Part shown: positions 19,179 through 27,720 of the stretch, one piece after another
Numbering within the stretch: the first letter of the stretch is position 1
Layout of the letters: the number at the start of each line of letters is the position of its first letter
NCBI GenBank assembly: GCA_965246725.1
Contig: CBDFFG010000006.1
Coordinates: 232,800-296,799, forward strand
Direction of reading: 5' to 3'
Length of the DNA stretch: 64,000 bases
From: Asticcacaulis sp.
GTDB taxonomy: Bacteria > Pseudomonadota > Alphaproteobacteria > Caulobacterales > Caulobacteraceae
Position numbers and translations under genes: made by a program
Notes under the pieces: model-generated
Told to the model about the DNA's origin: nothing
The model's database searches: none
The model's input: the letters and a program-made list of their open reading frames with translations, nothing else

Positions 19179-19472
19179 CTAATTTGGCAGGCCGCGGGCG
19201 ATGACGGCGTCGCGTAGGGCGCTGCGGACGATAAGGCGCAGCCACTCGGTGGCATCCTGTTCCGTGGGCTCGAAGCGGTCAGCCTGCTTCCAGATCTGGA
19301 TAAAGATGCGCTCTAACAGGTCGGCGGCTGTCGCGGAATCGAACACGGTCGCCAGCGTAGTATAAAGGGAAGGCGCCATAGCGTCATGCAGGACCTGCAG
19401 GGCGTGGCGATCGCCGCCGGCAATATCGCGGATGAGATGCGCGAAATCGGGTCGGCCGGGTGTTGTCGGCAT
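19179..19472 (-). CDS. Stand-alone ECF sigma-70 region-2-like protein
   Basis: IAGGDRHAL..LH...AADLLERIFIQIWKQADRFEP...WL..IVR matches the ECF N-terminal half; ends at 97 aa with no region 4. Confidence 0.7.
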   Translation of the reverse strand: MPTTPGRPDFAHLIRDIAGGDRHALQVLHDAMAPSLYTTLATVFDSATAADLLERIFIQIWKQADRFEPTEQDATEWLRLIVRSALRDAVIARGLPN

Positions 19473-19547
19473 CCAGGTCCTTCAGGTTGCGCCCCGCAAG
19501 CCTCCTTCAAGGATACGCACGGAGCGGCCGGATGGATTACTGCCTGT

Positions 19548-19997
19548 CTATGCTGGTGCCGGTTGCGGCGCCGTGGTGCGGATCATGGCGGTTATCAGAT
19601 CGAGGATATCTTCGAGCAGGGCGAGCTTGACCGGCTTGGCCAGGTGGAGGTCGAAGCCGGCCTTTGCGCTGCCGCGGCGCGTATCGGCGTCGTTATGACC
19701 CGACACCGCGATCAGCTTGGTGGCGTTCAGCGACGGCTGGGTACGCATGGCGCTGGCGATATCGAAACCGCTCAGGCCCGGCATGTCGAGGTCGAGCAGG
19801 ACCATTTCCGGGCGGAAGTCATACGCTGCCGCCATGGCGTCGGTGCCGCGCAGGCAGATCTGCGCCTCTGCGCCCAGGTCTTCGACGGCTTCCGCCAGGC
19901 CGGTAGCGCAGGAAGCGTCGTCGTCGATGATCAGGACGCGCAGGCGGGCAGGCGTCGCAGCGGTCATGCTGTCTGTCTTGGTGCTGCGCATCGTCAT
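19548..19997 (-). CDS. Single-domain response regulator (REC)
   Basis: VLIIDDD, LLDLDMPGLSG, AVSG and GFDLHLAKPV motifs. Confidence 0.9.
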   Translation of the reverse strand: MTMRSTKTDSMTAATPARLRVLIIDDDASCATGLAEAVEDLGAEAQICLRGTDAMAAAYDFRPEMVLLDLDMPGLSGFDIASAMRTQPSLNATKLIAVSGHNDADTRRGSAKAGFDLHLAKPVKLALLEDILDLITAMIRTTAPQPAPA

Positions 19998-20537
19998 CGG
20001 TGTTAACCCTGTCTGTGTGTGCAGACCTTCTAGCGGGCAAGTGCGGCAGATAAATTACAAAAACGGAAAGACAGGCGCACTTAATTGTGACGGGAATTCC
20101 TTTTATATTAATTGTTTATTAGGCGTGCGCATCGGCGTTAGCCATATCCGGTTCGCGGGTGTTTGTGCCCTTGTCGACTCTTGCGACTCCAGTGTTATTA
20201 TGCGGATGTCACAATTCTCGCCTATGGCGATGGCGGTAGCGCAAGCCCGTATTAAATTCCCCTTTTGGGTGATTTTCGTGGGAGTATTTCGCCATCAGGG
20301 CAAGGTGTGGTTAATTCGGGAAATTGTAAGCGTAGCAGTGACCGGCGGTCCAGCCCGATGATTTTCGAGCCCGGGCGCCATTTTGTTTCAAGTTATTGAT
20401 TTTGCGTCATATTACCCGAGGGTGTTTCCACTTTCGGCAGGGGGTTTTCAAAACCGCCTCATGTTTTCTCCAGATTGCGGTGCGGTCTTAGATCGGCGCG
20501 CGCATGGGCATGAGGCTACAGCACAAGGCATAGCGAC

Positions 20538-22289
20538 ATGGCCACCTATACCGGTACCTGGGATCACGATAATTTTGTCGGCGGGCTGGGCGACGATACG
20601 CTGTGGGCCAGCGGTGGCGTCGACGACCTGGACGGCGGCACGGGTTTCGACCGCTTCGTCGGCTACACCTATACGGGATCGGCCAATATCACCTATGACG
20701 CCACCAAGGCGGCGACGTCGGTCGGCTATTCCCTGGCGGACCTGACGTGGGTGCACAATGTCGAGAGCTTCTATTCGCTGACGACGGGCGCCGGCAACGA
20801 CACGGTCATGGTCAATACGGCGCAGAAGGATTTCAGCTGGGTCGGCAATGGTGGTATCAATACCCTGATAGCCGACTATTCGAATTCGACCGGCGGCGTC
20901 ACCACGACCTGGGCGCCGACGACCAAGTTCGGCCCGACCCTGCAACTGCATACGGTCGAGATGGGCGCGGCCTATGCGTCTACCTTCGAGACCAATGCGC
21001 TGAAGCTGCTCGGTTCGGCCTATGGCGACAGCCTCCATGGCACGGACGGCGCCGACAGCCTGTATGGCCAGGGCGGTAACGACACGCTCGATCCCGGCAT
21101 GTATGCTGCCGACATCATCGATGGCGGCGCCGGCGACGACATCGTCAATATCGATTATTCGCTCGAGACCCACGACATCGCCTATAATGCCGTGGCAGCG
21201 TCGAACAATACCGGCGCGACCCTGGCGAACGGCGCGATCTTCCGCAGCATCGAGCATCTGGGGACGCTGAGCACCGGTTCGGGCAATGACAGCCTGACCA
21301 TTTCGGCGACGCAGGGGGCGTTCAACTGGCATGCCGGCGGCGGCAGCGACACCCTGGTGCTCGACCTGTCGGCGGCGACGGCCGGGCGCTATACGACGCT
21401 GGGCGCCGATGGCTATACGATCGGTTCCTCGGCCGCCAGCCTGGCGGATCTGGGAGTCGCGACCGATATCGAGCACGTCCAGGTGACCGGCACCAAGTAT
21501 AATGACTGGCTGGCGGGGACCGGCGGCAGCGACACCCTGCTTGGTGGCGTCGGTGACGACACCCTGTCGGGCGGTGGTGGCGCCGATGTGTTGGATGGCG
21601 GCACGGGTTTCGACCGTGCGGTCAATCTCAGCTATTATGCCGACACGGCAGGCATTACCTATAATGCGGTGCAGGCGGCGACCACGACGGGCTTTACTCT
21701 GAGCGATGGTACGGTGGTGCGCAATGTCGAGAGCTTTGCGCTGACGACCGGCGACGGCAATGACACGGTGACGGTTGCGACGGCGCAGAAGGACTTCATC
21801 TGGATCGCCAATGGCGGCACGGACACCCTGGTGGCCGACTATTCGGCGTCGAAGGCAGGCATTACCGTATCGCTGATCACGGGAACGCCGCTGGGCGACG
21901 ACCTGCGTATCCAGACGACGGAAATGGGCAGTGCCCATGCCGACGCCTATATGCTGGACGCCTTGCAGATCAATGGTTCGATCTATGGCGATAACATCTC
22001 CGGCACGGCGGGTAACGATACGCTTAACGGCGCGGGTGGGGCCGATACCTTGACCGGCGGCGGCGGGCAGGACATCTTCCTGTTCGGCACGGGCAGCGGC
22101 AAGGACACGATCACCGATTTCCATACGGCGGAAAACGACACGATCAACGTCCACGCCTATTCCGGTATCCATGCGACGATTACCCAGCACGGCGCCGACG
22201 CCTGGATCGACTTCGGCAATGGCAATGTGATTACCGTGGCCGGTGTGTCGGCGACCGATGCGGCCTTCCTGAGCCATATCGTCTGGTAG
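20538..22289 (+). CDS. RTX Ca-binding protein with three internal ~160-aa modules
   Basis: GGxGxD repeats; three related blocks DGGxGxD..I.Y[DN]A..A...L.[DN]......E....L.TG.GND; C-terminal DTITDF signal region. Confidence 0.88.
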   Translation: MATYTGTWDHDNFVGGLGDDTLWASGGVDDLDGGTGFDRFVGYTYTGSANITYDATKAATSVGYSLADLTWVHNVESFYSLTTGAGNDTVMVNTAQKDFSWVGNGGINTLIADYSNSTGGVTTTWAPTTKFGPTLQLHTVEMGAAYASTFETNALKLLGSAYGDSLHGTDGADSLYGQGGNDTLDPGMYAADIIDGGAGDDIVNIDYSLETHDIAYNAVAASNNTGATLANGAIFRSIEHLGTLSTGSGNDSLTISATQGAFNWHAGGGSDTLVLDLSAATAGRYTTLGADGYTIGSSAASLADLGVATDIEHVQVTGTKYNDWLAGTGGSDTLLGGVGDDTLSGGGGADVLDGGTGFDRAVNLSYYADTAGITYNAVQAATTTGFTLSDGTVVRNVESFALTTGDGNDTVTVATAQKDFIWIANGGTDTLVADYSASKAGITVSLITGTPLGDDLRIQTTEMGSAHADAYMLDALQINGSIYGDNISGTAGNDTLNGAGGADTLTGGGGQDIFLFGTGSGKDTITDFHTAENDTINVHAYSGIHATITQHGADAWIDFGNGNVITVAGVSATDAAFLSHIVW

Positions 22290-22315
22290 TCGTATTTCCG
22301 GCTGTCCCGGGTTTG

Positions 22316-22395
22316 CCCCTCAACGGGCCCTGCGGGCCGCCCTTGGCTGGCGAAGGCTACACCTTCGCCAGCCAAGCCCCGTTTACGGGGAGAGG
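22316..22395 (+). repeat. CIR/REP-like repeat with a family A hairpin inserted
   Basis: CCCCTC..GGCCCTGCGGGCCGCCC + perfect TTGGCTGGCGAAGG/CCTTCGCCAGCCAA hairpin + CCCCG..CGGGGAGAGG. Confidence 0.8.
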
Positions 22396-22429
22396 AAAGG
22401 GGAGGGGATTTGAGGAAATCTGACTTGGA

Positions 22430-22795
22430 ATGACGCCATCGTTTCCCGAAGAAAAAGTGTGGGATCTTATCAACGATGGCTGGGACAGGATGTCTGGCGA
22501 TCAGCGGCGCCTGTGGGAAACGATGAAGATTTTGCCCGTCGCGTGGATGTTGCGAGGGTATGAGCCGTGCTGGGTGGTGGCCATCATAGGGCAGATGGTC
22601 ATCTATCATAATCCGCACGAGCACGGGTTCGAGCGATCGGCCTGGCGCGAATTCGGCGTCATCGAGACCTACGGCGCATGCGGCTGGGATCTGCATGATG
22701 CCGTGCAGGTAATCATCGATCTCATCCGTACGGGAGTTGATATTGGGCCTTGGTCCAGCCCGCCCATCGCCGGAACGTTCGAATCCCGGGGTTGA
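22430..22795 (+). CDS. Hypothetical protein
   Basis: 121 aa, Trp-rich, GAGG upstream; no family recognised. Confidence 0.6.
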   Translation: MTPSFPEEKVWDLINDGWDRMSGDQRRLWETMKILPVAWMLRGYEPCWVVAIIGQMVIYHNPHEHGFERSAWREFGVIETYGACGWDLHDAVQVIIDLIRTGVDIGPWSSPPIAGTFESRG

Positions 22796-22809
22796 CCGCG
22801 AAAGGGTCT

Positions 22810-23199
22810 TTATGCCGCGCGTTCGATCAGGGCCTGGAGAACAGTCAGGTCCAGGGGCTTGGTGAAGTGGTGATCGAAGCCGGCTTCGAGGGTGCGTCGG
22901 CGGGTTTCGTCGTCGCCCCAGCCTGTCTGGGCGACGACGCGCGTGCCGCACAGGGAGGTGTCGCGCCTTAGCTGGCGGCAGACCTCGTACCCGTCCATCA
23001 CCGGCATGCCGATATCGAGCAGGACGACTTCGGGGTGGAAGTCGTGAGCGACCGCCACGGCCGAGCGGCCGTCGAAGCAGGTGCGGACCTCGTAGCCGAA
23101 AAGCTCCATGGCCCAGGTCAGGGTCAGGGCCGAAGTCTGGTTGTCGTCGACGACCAGAACGCGGCGCGGCGAAGCAGATGTGGGGGAGTCGTCGGGCAT
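22810..23199 (-). CDS. Single-domain response regulator (REC)
   Basis: VLVVDDN, LLDIGMPVMDG, AQTGWG and GFDHHFTKP motifs; start taken at MPDDS. Confidence 0.9.
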   Translation of the reverse strand: MPDDSPTSASPRRVLVVDDNQTSALTLTWAMELFGYEVRTCFDGRSAVAVAHDFHPEVVLLDIGMPVMDGYEVCRQLRRDTSLCGTRVVAQTGWGDDETRRRTLEAGFDHHFTKPLDLTVLQALIERAA

Positions 23200-23375
23200 A
23201 CAGATCTCGGCTCGCATTTTGCGGGGTAGGCCCGCTATCAGCGTCAATGCCGATCCCGGGTGCGGAATCATCGCATCGCTATGGTTTACTGTAGCTTAAA
23301 CGGAAATAAGGAAGGGATGCGGGGTGGTGCGCCCGCCTGTAAAGAGGCGCACTTTCCACGTAGGTACCGTCGGGT

Positions 23376-23453
23376 TTAGTCGACGATCGGCAGGCGGTGG
23401 GCGCGGGCCCACAGGACGACGAGGCGGACGATCAGGTTGGACATGGTCTTCAT
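23376..23453 (-). CDS. Putative 25-aa small protein MKTMSNLIVRLVVLWARAHRLPIVD
   Basis: Every sense codon ends in G/C; purine-rich AAAGAAAG upstream; lies in an otherwise empty intergenic gap. Confidence 0.6.
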   Translation of the reverse strand: MKTMSNLIVRLVVLWARAHRLPIVD

Positions 23454-23693
23454 AACGCGAACTTTCTTTTATGCGGGACTTAGCGGGCGGCGCTGCCGGG
23501 GGCCATGCCGAAGGCAATCAAGGCGGCGGCAATCTCTGCAAACAGCTTTTTCATGATAATGGAATCAAACACGGATAGTTGATGACAGCGCTGTCATTAT
23601 CATGTTTCGCAGGTGCACAAAAGGGGCGGGGAGTCACTTTTTGTGGAAAGGGCTGAAATGGTTCGTGTGGCGGGGAGCTGGGGCTTGGTATAA

Positions 23694-23773
23694 AAGAGAC
23701 CCCTCCGTCTTTTGACCGCTTGGCGCGGTCAAAATCCACCTCCCCATTTGCTTCGCAAACAGGAAGGAGGGAG
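23694..23773 (+). repeat. Intergenic palindromic repeat family B
   Basis: Near-identical to 11940 over the first hairpin; ATCCACCTCCCC core. Confidence 0.85.
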
Positions 23774-23799
23774 TGTTGTGAACCAGCCGGTGGGTGGTG

Positions 23800-24594
23800 T
23801 CAGCCGTTTTGGCGCATCAGGTCGGCGTGGAGGGCTTCGGTGGCGTCGTCGGCCGGGAACATGCATTCGACGCGCAACTCCTGGGTGGTGAGGGTTTGCG
23901 GCGTACCGATGGTCGAGACGAGGGAGAAGTAGTTGAGCACGTGCCCCCGCCAAGCAAAGGCCAGGGGGACGACGGGCTGGGGAGGCGTTTTGGGATTGGG
24001 CGGATCGATCGGTCCGAGAGCTTCCAGGCTTGCCAGCAGGTCGCGGGTGCGGGCGTCGAGGACGTGGCCGGTGGCTTCGCGGCGGACGCGGTCGAGCAGG
24101 GCCGGTGCGGTTTCGTTCCAGTTGGCGATGGCGGGACGCAGGGCTGTCGGGTCGAACATCAGGTGCAGCATGTTGCGTGGCCTGGGGAATTTCGCCAGGT
24201 CGATAAAGGCGCCGAAGAAGACGGGGGCGGCGTCATTGGTCATGACGACGTTCCAGTAGCGGTCCATGACGATGGCCGGGAAGGGTTCGTGCTGGTGCAG
24301 GACGCGTTTCAGGGCCCTGGTCACGCTTTTCAGTTCGGGAGCGTCCAGGGAGTCTTCGACGTAGGCGGGCGCGTAGCCGGCGGCGAGCAGGAGCTGGTTG
24401 CGTTCGCGGAAGGGAATGTCGAGGGCATCGGCGACATCTGCCAGGACGGCCCGGCTGGGGATGCTGCGGCCGCTTTCGATAAAGCTGAGGTGGCGTTGCG
24501 AGATGCCGGCGTCGAGCGCGAGGGCCAGTTGGCTGGTGCTACGGTCGCCGCGCCATTGGCGCAGCAGGTCGCCGAGGGGATTGGGCGCTGTCAT
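23800..24594 (-). CDS. XRE-family HTH regulator with MmyB-like ligand-binding domain
   Basis: SQLALALDAGISQRHLSFIESGRS.PS, RERNQLLLAAGYAP, HEPFPA and ELRVECMFPAD motifs. Confidence 0.92.
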   Translation of the reverse strand: MTAPNPLGDLLRQWRGDRSTSQLALALDAGISQRHLSFIESGRSIPSRAVLADVADALDIPFRERNQLLLAAGYAPAYVEDSLDAPELKSVTRALKRVLHQHEPFPAIVMDRYWNVVMTNDAAPVFFGAFIDLAKFPRPRNMLHLMFDPTALRPAIANWNETAPALLDRVRREATGHVLDARTRDLLASLEALGPIDPPNPKTPPQPVVPLAFAWRGHVLNYFSLVSTIGTPQTLTTQELRVECMFPADDATEALHADLMRQNG

Positions 24595-24654
24595 CGGATG
24601 TCCTGTAGGTGTGGGGACCAGGGTCGCAGACACTGGCCTAGCCTTTGCTTTGTC

Positions 24655-24698
24655 GCGCAATTTAACCCAAAAGTGAGTACACTTTATGGGATTGCGCT
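24655..24698. repeat. Short inverted-repeat element family C, copy 1
   Basis: GCGCAATTTAACCCAAAAGTGAGTACACTTTATGGGATTGCGC; closely matches 62885-62929. Confidence 0.75.
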
Positions 24699-24708
24699 CA
24701 GCTGCAAG

Positions 24709-25263
24709 TCATTGCGGCGCCTTCCAGATGAAGGCCGCGAACTGGGCGTCGACCGGCGGGTTGGTGACGCTGGCCGTATAGTTGGTGATGGTCGAGGCGG
24801 CGGTGACGGCGATGACTTCGAGCAGGTGGGCGGGTTCGAAGCCTGCCGCCAGGAAGCGATCGGTGTCATCGGAAGCAAGGTGGCCGCGTTGGGCGATCAG
24901 GGTTTTGGCCAGGGTCGACAGGGCGGCGTACCGCGGGTCGGCCGGTGTATTGCCGGTGCGGATGGCGTCGATATCGTCCAGGCCGATCCCTTGTTGCAGG
25001 GCGAGCGTGCTGTGGAAGGCGACGGGCCACGGGCTTTTGTTGGCGACGGCATTTGTCAGCAGCAGGATCTGGATGTCGGCTTCGCTGAAGCTGCCGGCAT
25101 GGACAACCCCGAAAAGACCGGCGAGGGCCTTTATCAGGTTGGGCGATGTCGCCATGGCGCCCAGAAGGTTGGGCAGCATGCCGAAGGCGTCGTTGAGGCT
25201 TTGCAGCGGGGCCTGTGCGGCCGGCAGGGCGGATTGCAGGGTGTGGATCGGGAAGGTTGTCAT
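24709..25263 (-). CDS. Carboxymuconolactone decarboxylase/AhpD-like protein
   Basis: FGMLPNL, 'AVANKSPWPVAFH' at the usual CxxC position, FLAAGF and TITNY motifs. Confidence 0.85.
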   Translation of the reverse strand: MTTFPIHTLQSALPAAQAPLQSLNDAFGMLPNLLGAMATSPNLIKALAGLFGVVHAGSFSEADIQILLLTNAVANKSPWPVAFHSTLALQQGIGLDDIDAIRTGNTPADPRYAALSTLAKTLIAQRGHLASDDTDRFLAAGFEPAHLLEVIAVTAASTITNYTASVTNPPVDAQFAAFIWKAPQ

Positions 25264-25361
25264 GGTCTTGCCTCATATGTGGGGAGTGAGGGCAGTTTGG
25301 GCTTTTGGGTGCGGTGTCTCAATTACGTCGGAGGTAATAGGGCGGTGTGGACTTGGCAAAG

Positions 25362-25476
25362 AAAGTAAGAAACCCCACCACCCCGAACCTAAGAAGGCAC
25401 GCGGTCCCATGGCTGGCGAAGGCTATACCTTTGCTGGCGCCAAACCCCATTTCTGCGAAATAGGGAGGAGTAAGAA
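25362..25476 (+). repeat. Intergenic repeat family A, copy 3
   Basis: AAGTAAGAAACCCCACC...GCGGTCCCATGGCTGGCGAAGGCTATACC...GCCAAACCCC...GGAGGAGTAAG. Confidence 0.85.
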
Positions 25477-25479
25477 AGT

Positions 25480-26667
25480 TTAGGCCGGTTGCGCGGGGCG
25501 TTTGCGGAACGGGACCTTGACGGTGAGGTAGGTGGCGGCGCGCCATAGCCATTCGAGCGGGCCGTAGACGAAGGCGCGGAACCACAGGTGGGCGAAGACG
25601 AGTTGGGCGATGAAGAAGGCGATTCCCAGTTCCAGCGCGTGAATCTGGCTGAGGGTAGCGTGCAGGCCCAGGCCGAAGCCGTAATAGAGGGGTACGAAGA
25701 CGACGCCCTGCATGATGTAGAGGGTGAGCGTCATGCGGCCGGCCGGGGCGAGCAGGCGCAGGAGCGGCCGGGCGACGCCGGTATAGAGTTCGACCAGCAG
25801 CAGGACGGCGACGGCCATCTGAGCGAGGTTAATCCAGGTGCCGATGACGGTGTCGATAACACCGGGCGCGGTAAGCTGGTTGGGCAGGTGCGGCACAAGG
25901 CCGGTGAGGGCAGGTTTGGCGAAGAACAGCGACAAACCGATGATGGTGGAGGCGGCAAGGGCGATGCGGCGGGGCGTGGCGAAGGTGTCAGGCGCGGCGA
26001 AAAAGCCGATACGGCCGAGGACCAGGCCGATCAGGTAGAGGCCGACGATCTGCAGCATGCGGCCGGATTCGATATAGTACCACCACTTGACCGACTGGCC
26101 CTGGAACATGTTGAGCCGGATGACATCGAGGAAGCTGCCATGGATGTAGACCTCGTTATGGGCTTCGTGGAAGTAACGCGGATCGTGGTTGGCCCAGGCG
26201 ACGCCTTGTGCGGCATTGACGGCCTGCCAAAGCAGGGGCGGTTGCAGCAGGCAGATGATGCCGCAGGCGACGAGGACGGCGTTGTTGCGGATACGTTGGA
26301 AGGGGATGAGGATCAGGCCGAGCGGCGCCAGCACCTGGAGGACTTCGCCATTATAGATCAGGCCGTAGAGCCAGCCGAAGGCAAAGAGGATGGTCAGGCG
26401 CCAGACGAAGCGGCCGGAGAAATCGACGCCGCGGCGGGCGGCGCGGTCCATGATGATGAAGAAGCTGAGGCCGAAGCACAGGGCCAGCAGCGAGAAAGAC
26501 TTGCCTTCGAAGAGGCCGAAGACGATGTCATGGACCGGGCTGGGTGTCGGATGGGCCCAGTAGAGGCCGAAGAATTCGACGGCGTGGGCCATGAACAGGC
26601 CCATGATGGCGTAGCCGCGCAGGACATCGACGACTTCGATGCGTTGCGTGAAGTTGGCAGGCTGCAT
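25480..26667 (-). CDS. DUF418 family membrane protein
   Basis: RIEVVDVLRGYAIMG, GRMTLTLY and GPLEWLWR motifs. Confidence 0.92.
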   Translation of the reverse strand: MQPANFTQRIEVVDVLRGYAIMGLFMAHAVEFFGLYWAHPTPSPVHDIVFGLFEGKSFSLLALCFGLSFFIIMDRAARRGVDFSGRFVWRLTILFAFGWLYGLIYNGEVLQVLAPLGLILIPFQRIRNNAVLVACGIICLLQPPLLWQAVNAAQGVAWANHDPRYFHEAHNEVYIHGSFLDVIRLNMFQGQSVKWWYYIESGRMLQIVGLYLIGLVLGRIGFFAAPDTFATPRRIALAASTIIGLSLFFAKPALTGLVPHLPNQLTAPGVIDTVIGTWINLAQMAVAVLLLVELYTGVARPLLRLLAPAGRMTLTLYIMQGVVFVPLYYGFGLGLHATLSQIHALELGIAFFIAQLVFAHLWFRAFVYGPLEWLWRAATYLTVKVPFRKRPAQPA

Positions 26668-26814
26668 TTCCTTTATCCCCTTGTTTTGCGGGGAGGTTAG
26701 GCGGAAAGGTGGTGGGCGGCTATTTCGCGGAAGGCACAGTTGGCGGTGGGAACGCTCCCGGACACGGGTGGCTCAGCCTCAAAATATTACGTCATGGTTC
26801 GTGGCGTCTACGGT

Positions 26815-26877
26815 CCCCCCTCCGTCTGCTTCGCTGCGCTTCGCATCCACCTCCCCCGTAAACGGGGCAGGAGGGAG
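26815..26877 (+). repeat. Intergenic palindromic repeat family B
   Basis: CCCCCTCCGTC...ATCCACCTCCCCCGTAAACGGGGCAGGAGGGAG. Confidence 0.75.
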
Positions 26878-26901
26878 TTATAAAATCTGCCTGTATTAAA
26901 T

Positions 26902-27720
26902 ATGGACATGGAGACGGCGATGGCGTTCAGGGATGATGAACTGGTGGTGTTCGAGGCGGAGGGGGCGCCGGGATTGCCGGAGGGCGGTGTCAGCGGGTAT
27001 GTCGCGCATGACGGGGCGCGGATATGGTACGCGGCATGGGGCGAGGGACGGACGGTTGTCTTGCTGCATGGCGGGCTGGGTCACAGTGGTAACTGGGGTC
27101 ACCAGGTGCCGGCCCTGGTGGCGGCAGGCTATCGCGTCATTGTCGTCGACAGTCGCGGGCATGGCCGCAGTACGCGTGACGACAGGCCGTATTCCTACGC
27201 GCTGATGGCGTCGGATGTCGTCGCGGTGATGGACGGGCTGGGGGTGGCGAAGGCGGATTTCGTAGGCTGGAGCGACGGCGCCTGTATCGCCCTGGTGTTG
27301 GCCATGGCGCAGCCGGAGCGGGTCGGCAACGTCCTGTTCTTCGCCTGCAATATGGATCCATCGGGGACATTGCCGTTCGTGGCGACGCCGGTGATCGATC
27401 GCTGCTTCAGCCGGCACGGCAAGGACTATGCGGCCCTGTCGGAAACACCGGACGATTTCACACCTTTTGTCGAGGCGGTCAGCCTGATGATGGGGACGCA
27501 GCCGAATGCTACGGTGGCGGAGTTGTCCGCGATTGCCGTGCCGGTGACGGTGGTGCTGGGCGAGCACGACGAGTTTATTCGGCGGGAGCACATGGATTAT
27601 CTGGCGCGGACCATGCCCGGAGCTTCGCTGGTCATCCTGCCCGAGGTCAGCCATTTCGCGCCGTTGCAGCGGCCGGCGGACTTCAACGCCATGGTGCTGG
27701 CGTGGCTGGTGCGGAGTTAG
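26902..27720 (+). CDS. Alpha/beta hydrolase
   Basis: LLHGG, DSRGHGRS, GWSDG, GEHDE and SHF motifs. Confidence 0.92.
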   Translation: MDMETAMAFRDDELVVFEAEGAPGLPEGGVSGYVAHDGARIWYAAWGEGRTVVLLHGGLGHSGNWGHQVPALVAAGYRVIVVDSRGHGRSTRDDRPYSYALMASDVVAVMDGLGVAKADFVGWSDGACIALVLAMAQPERVGNVLFFACNMDPSGTLPFVATPVIDRCFSRHGKDYAALSETPDDFTPFVEAVSLMMGTQPNATVAELSAIAVPVTVVLGEHDEFIRREHMDYLARTMPGASLVILPEVSHFAPLQRPADFNAMVLAWLVRS

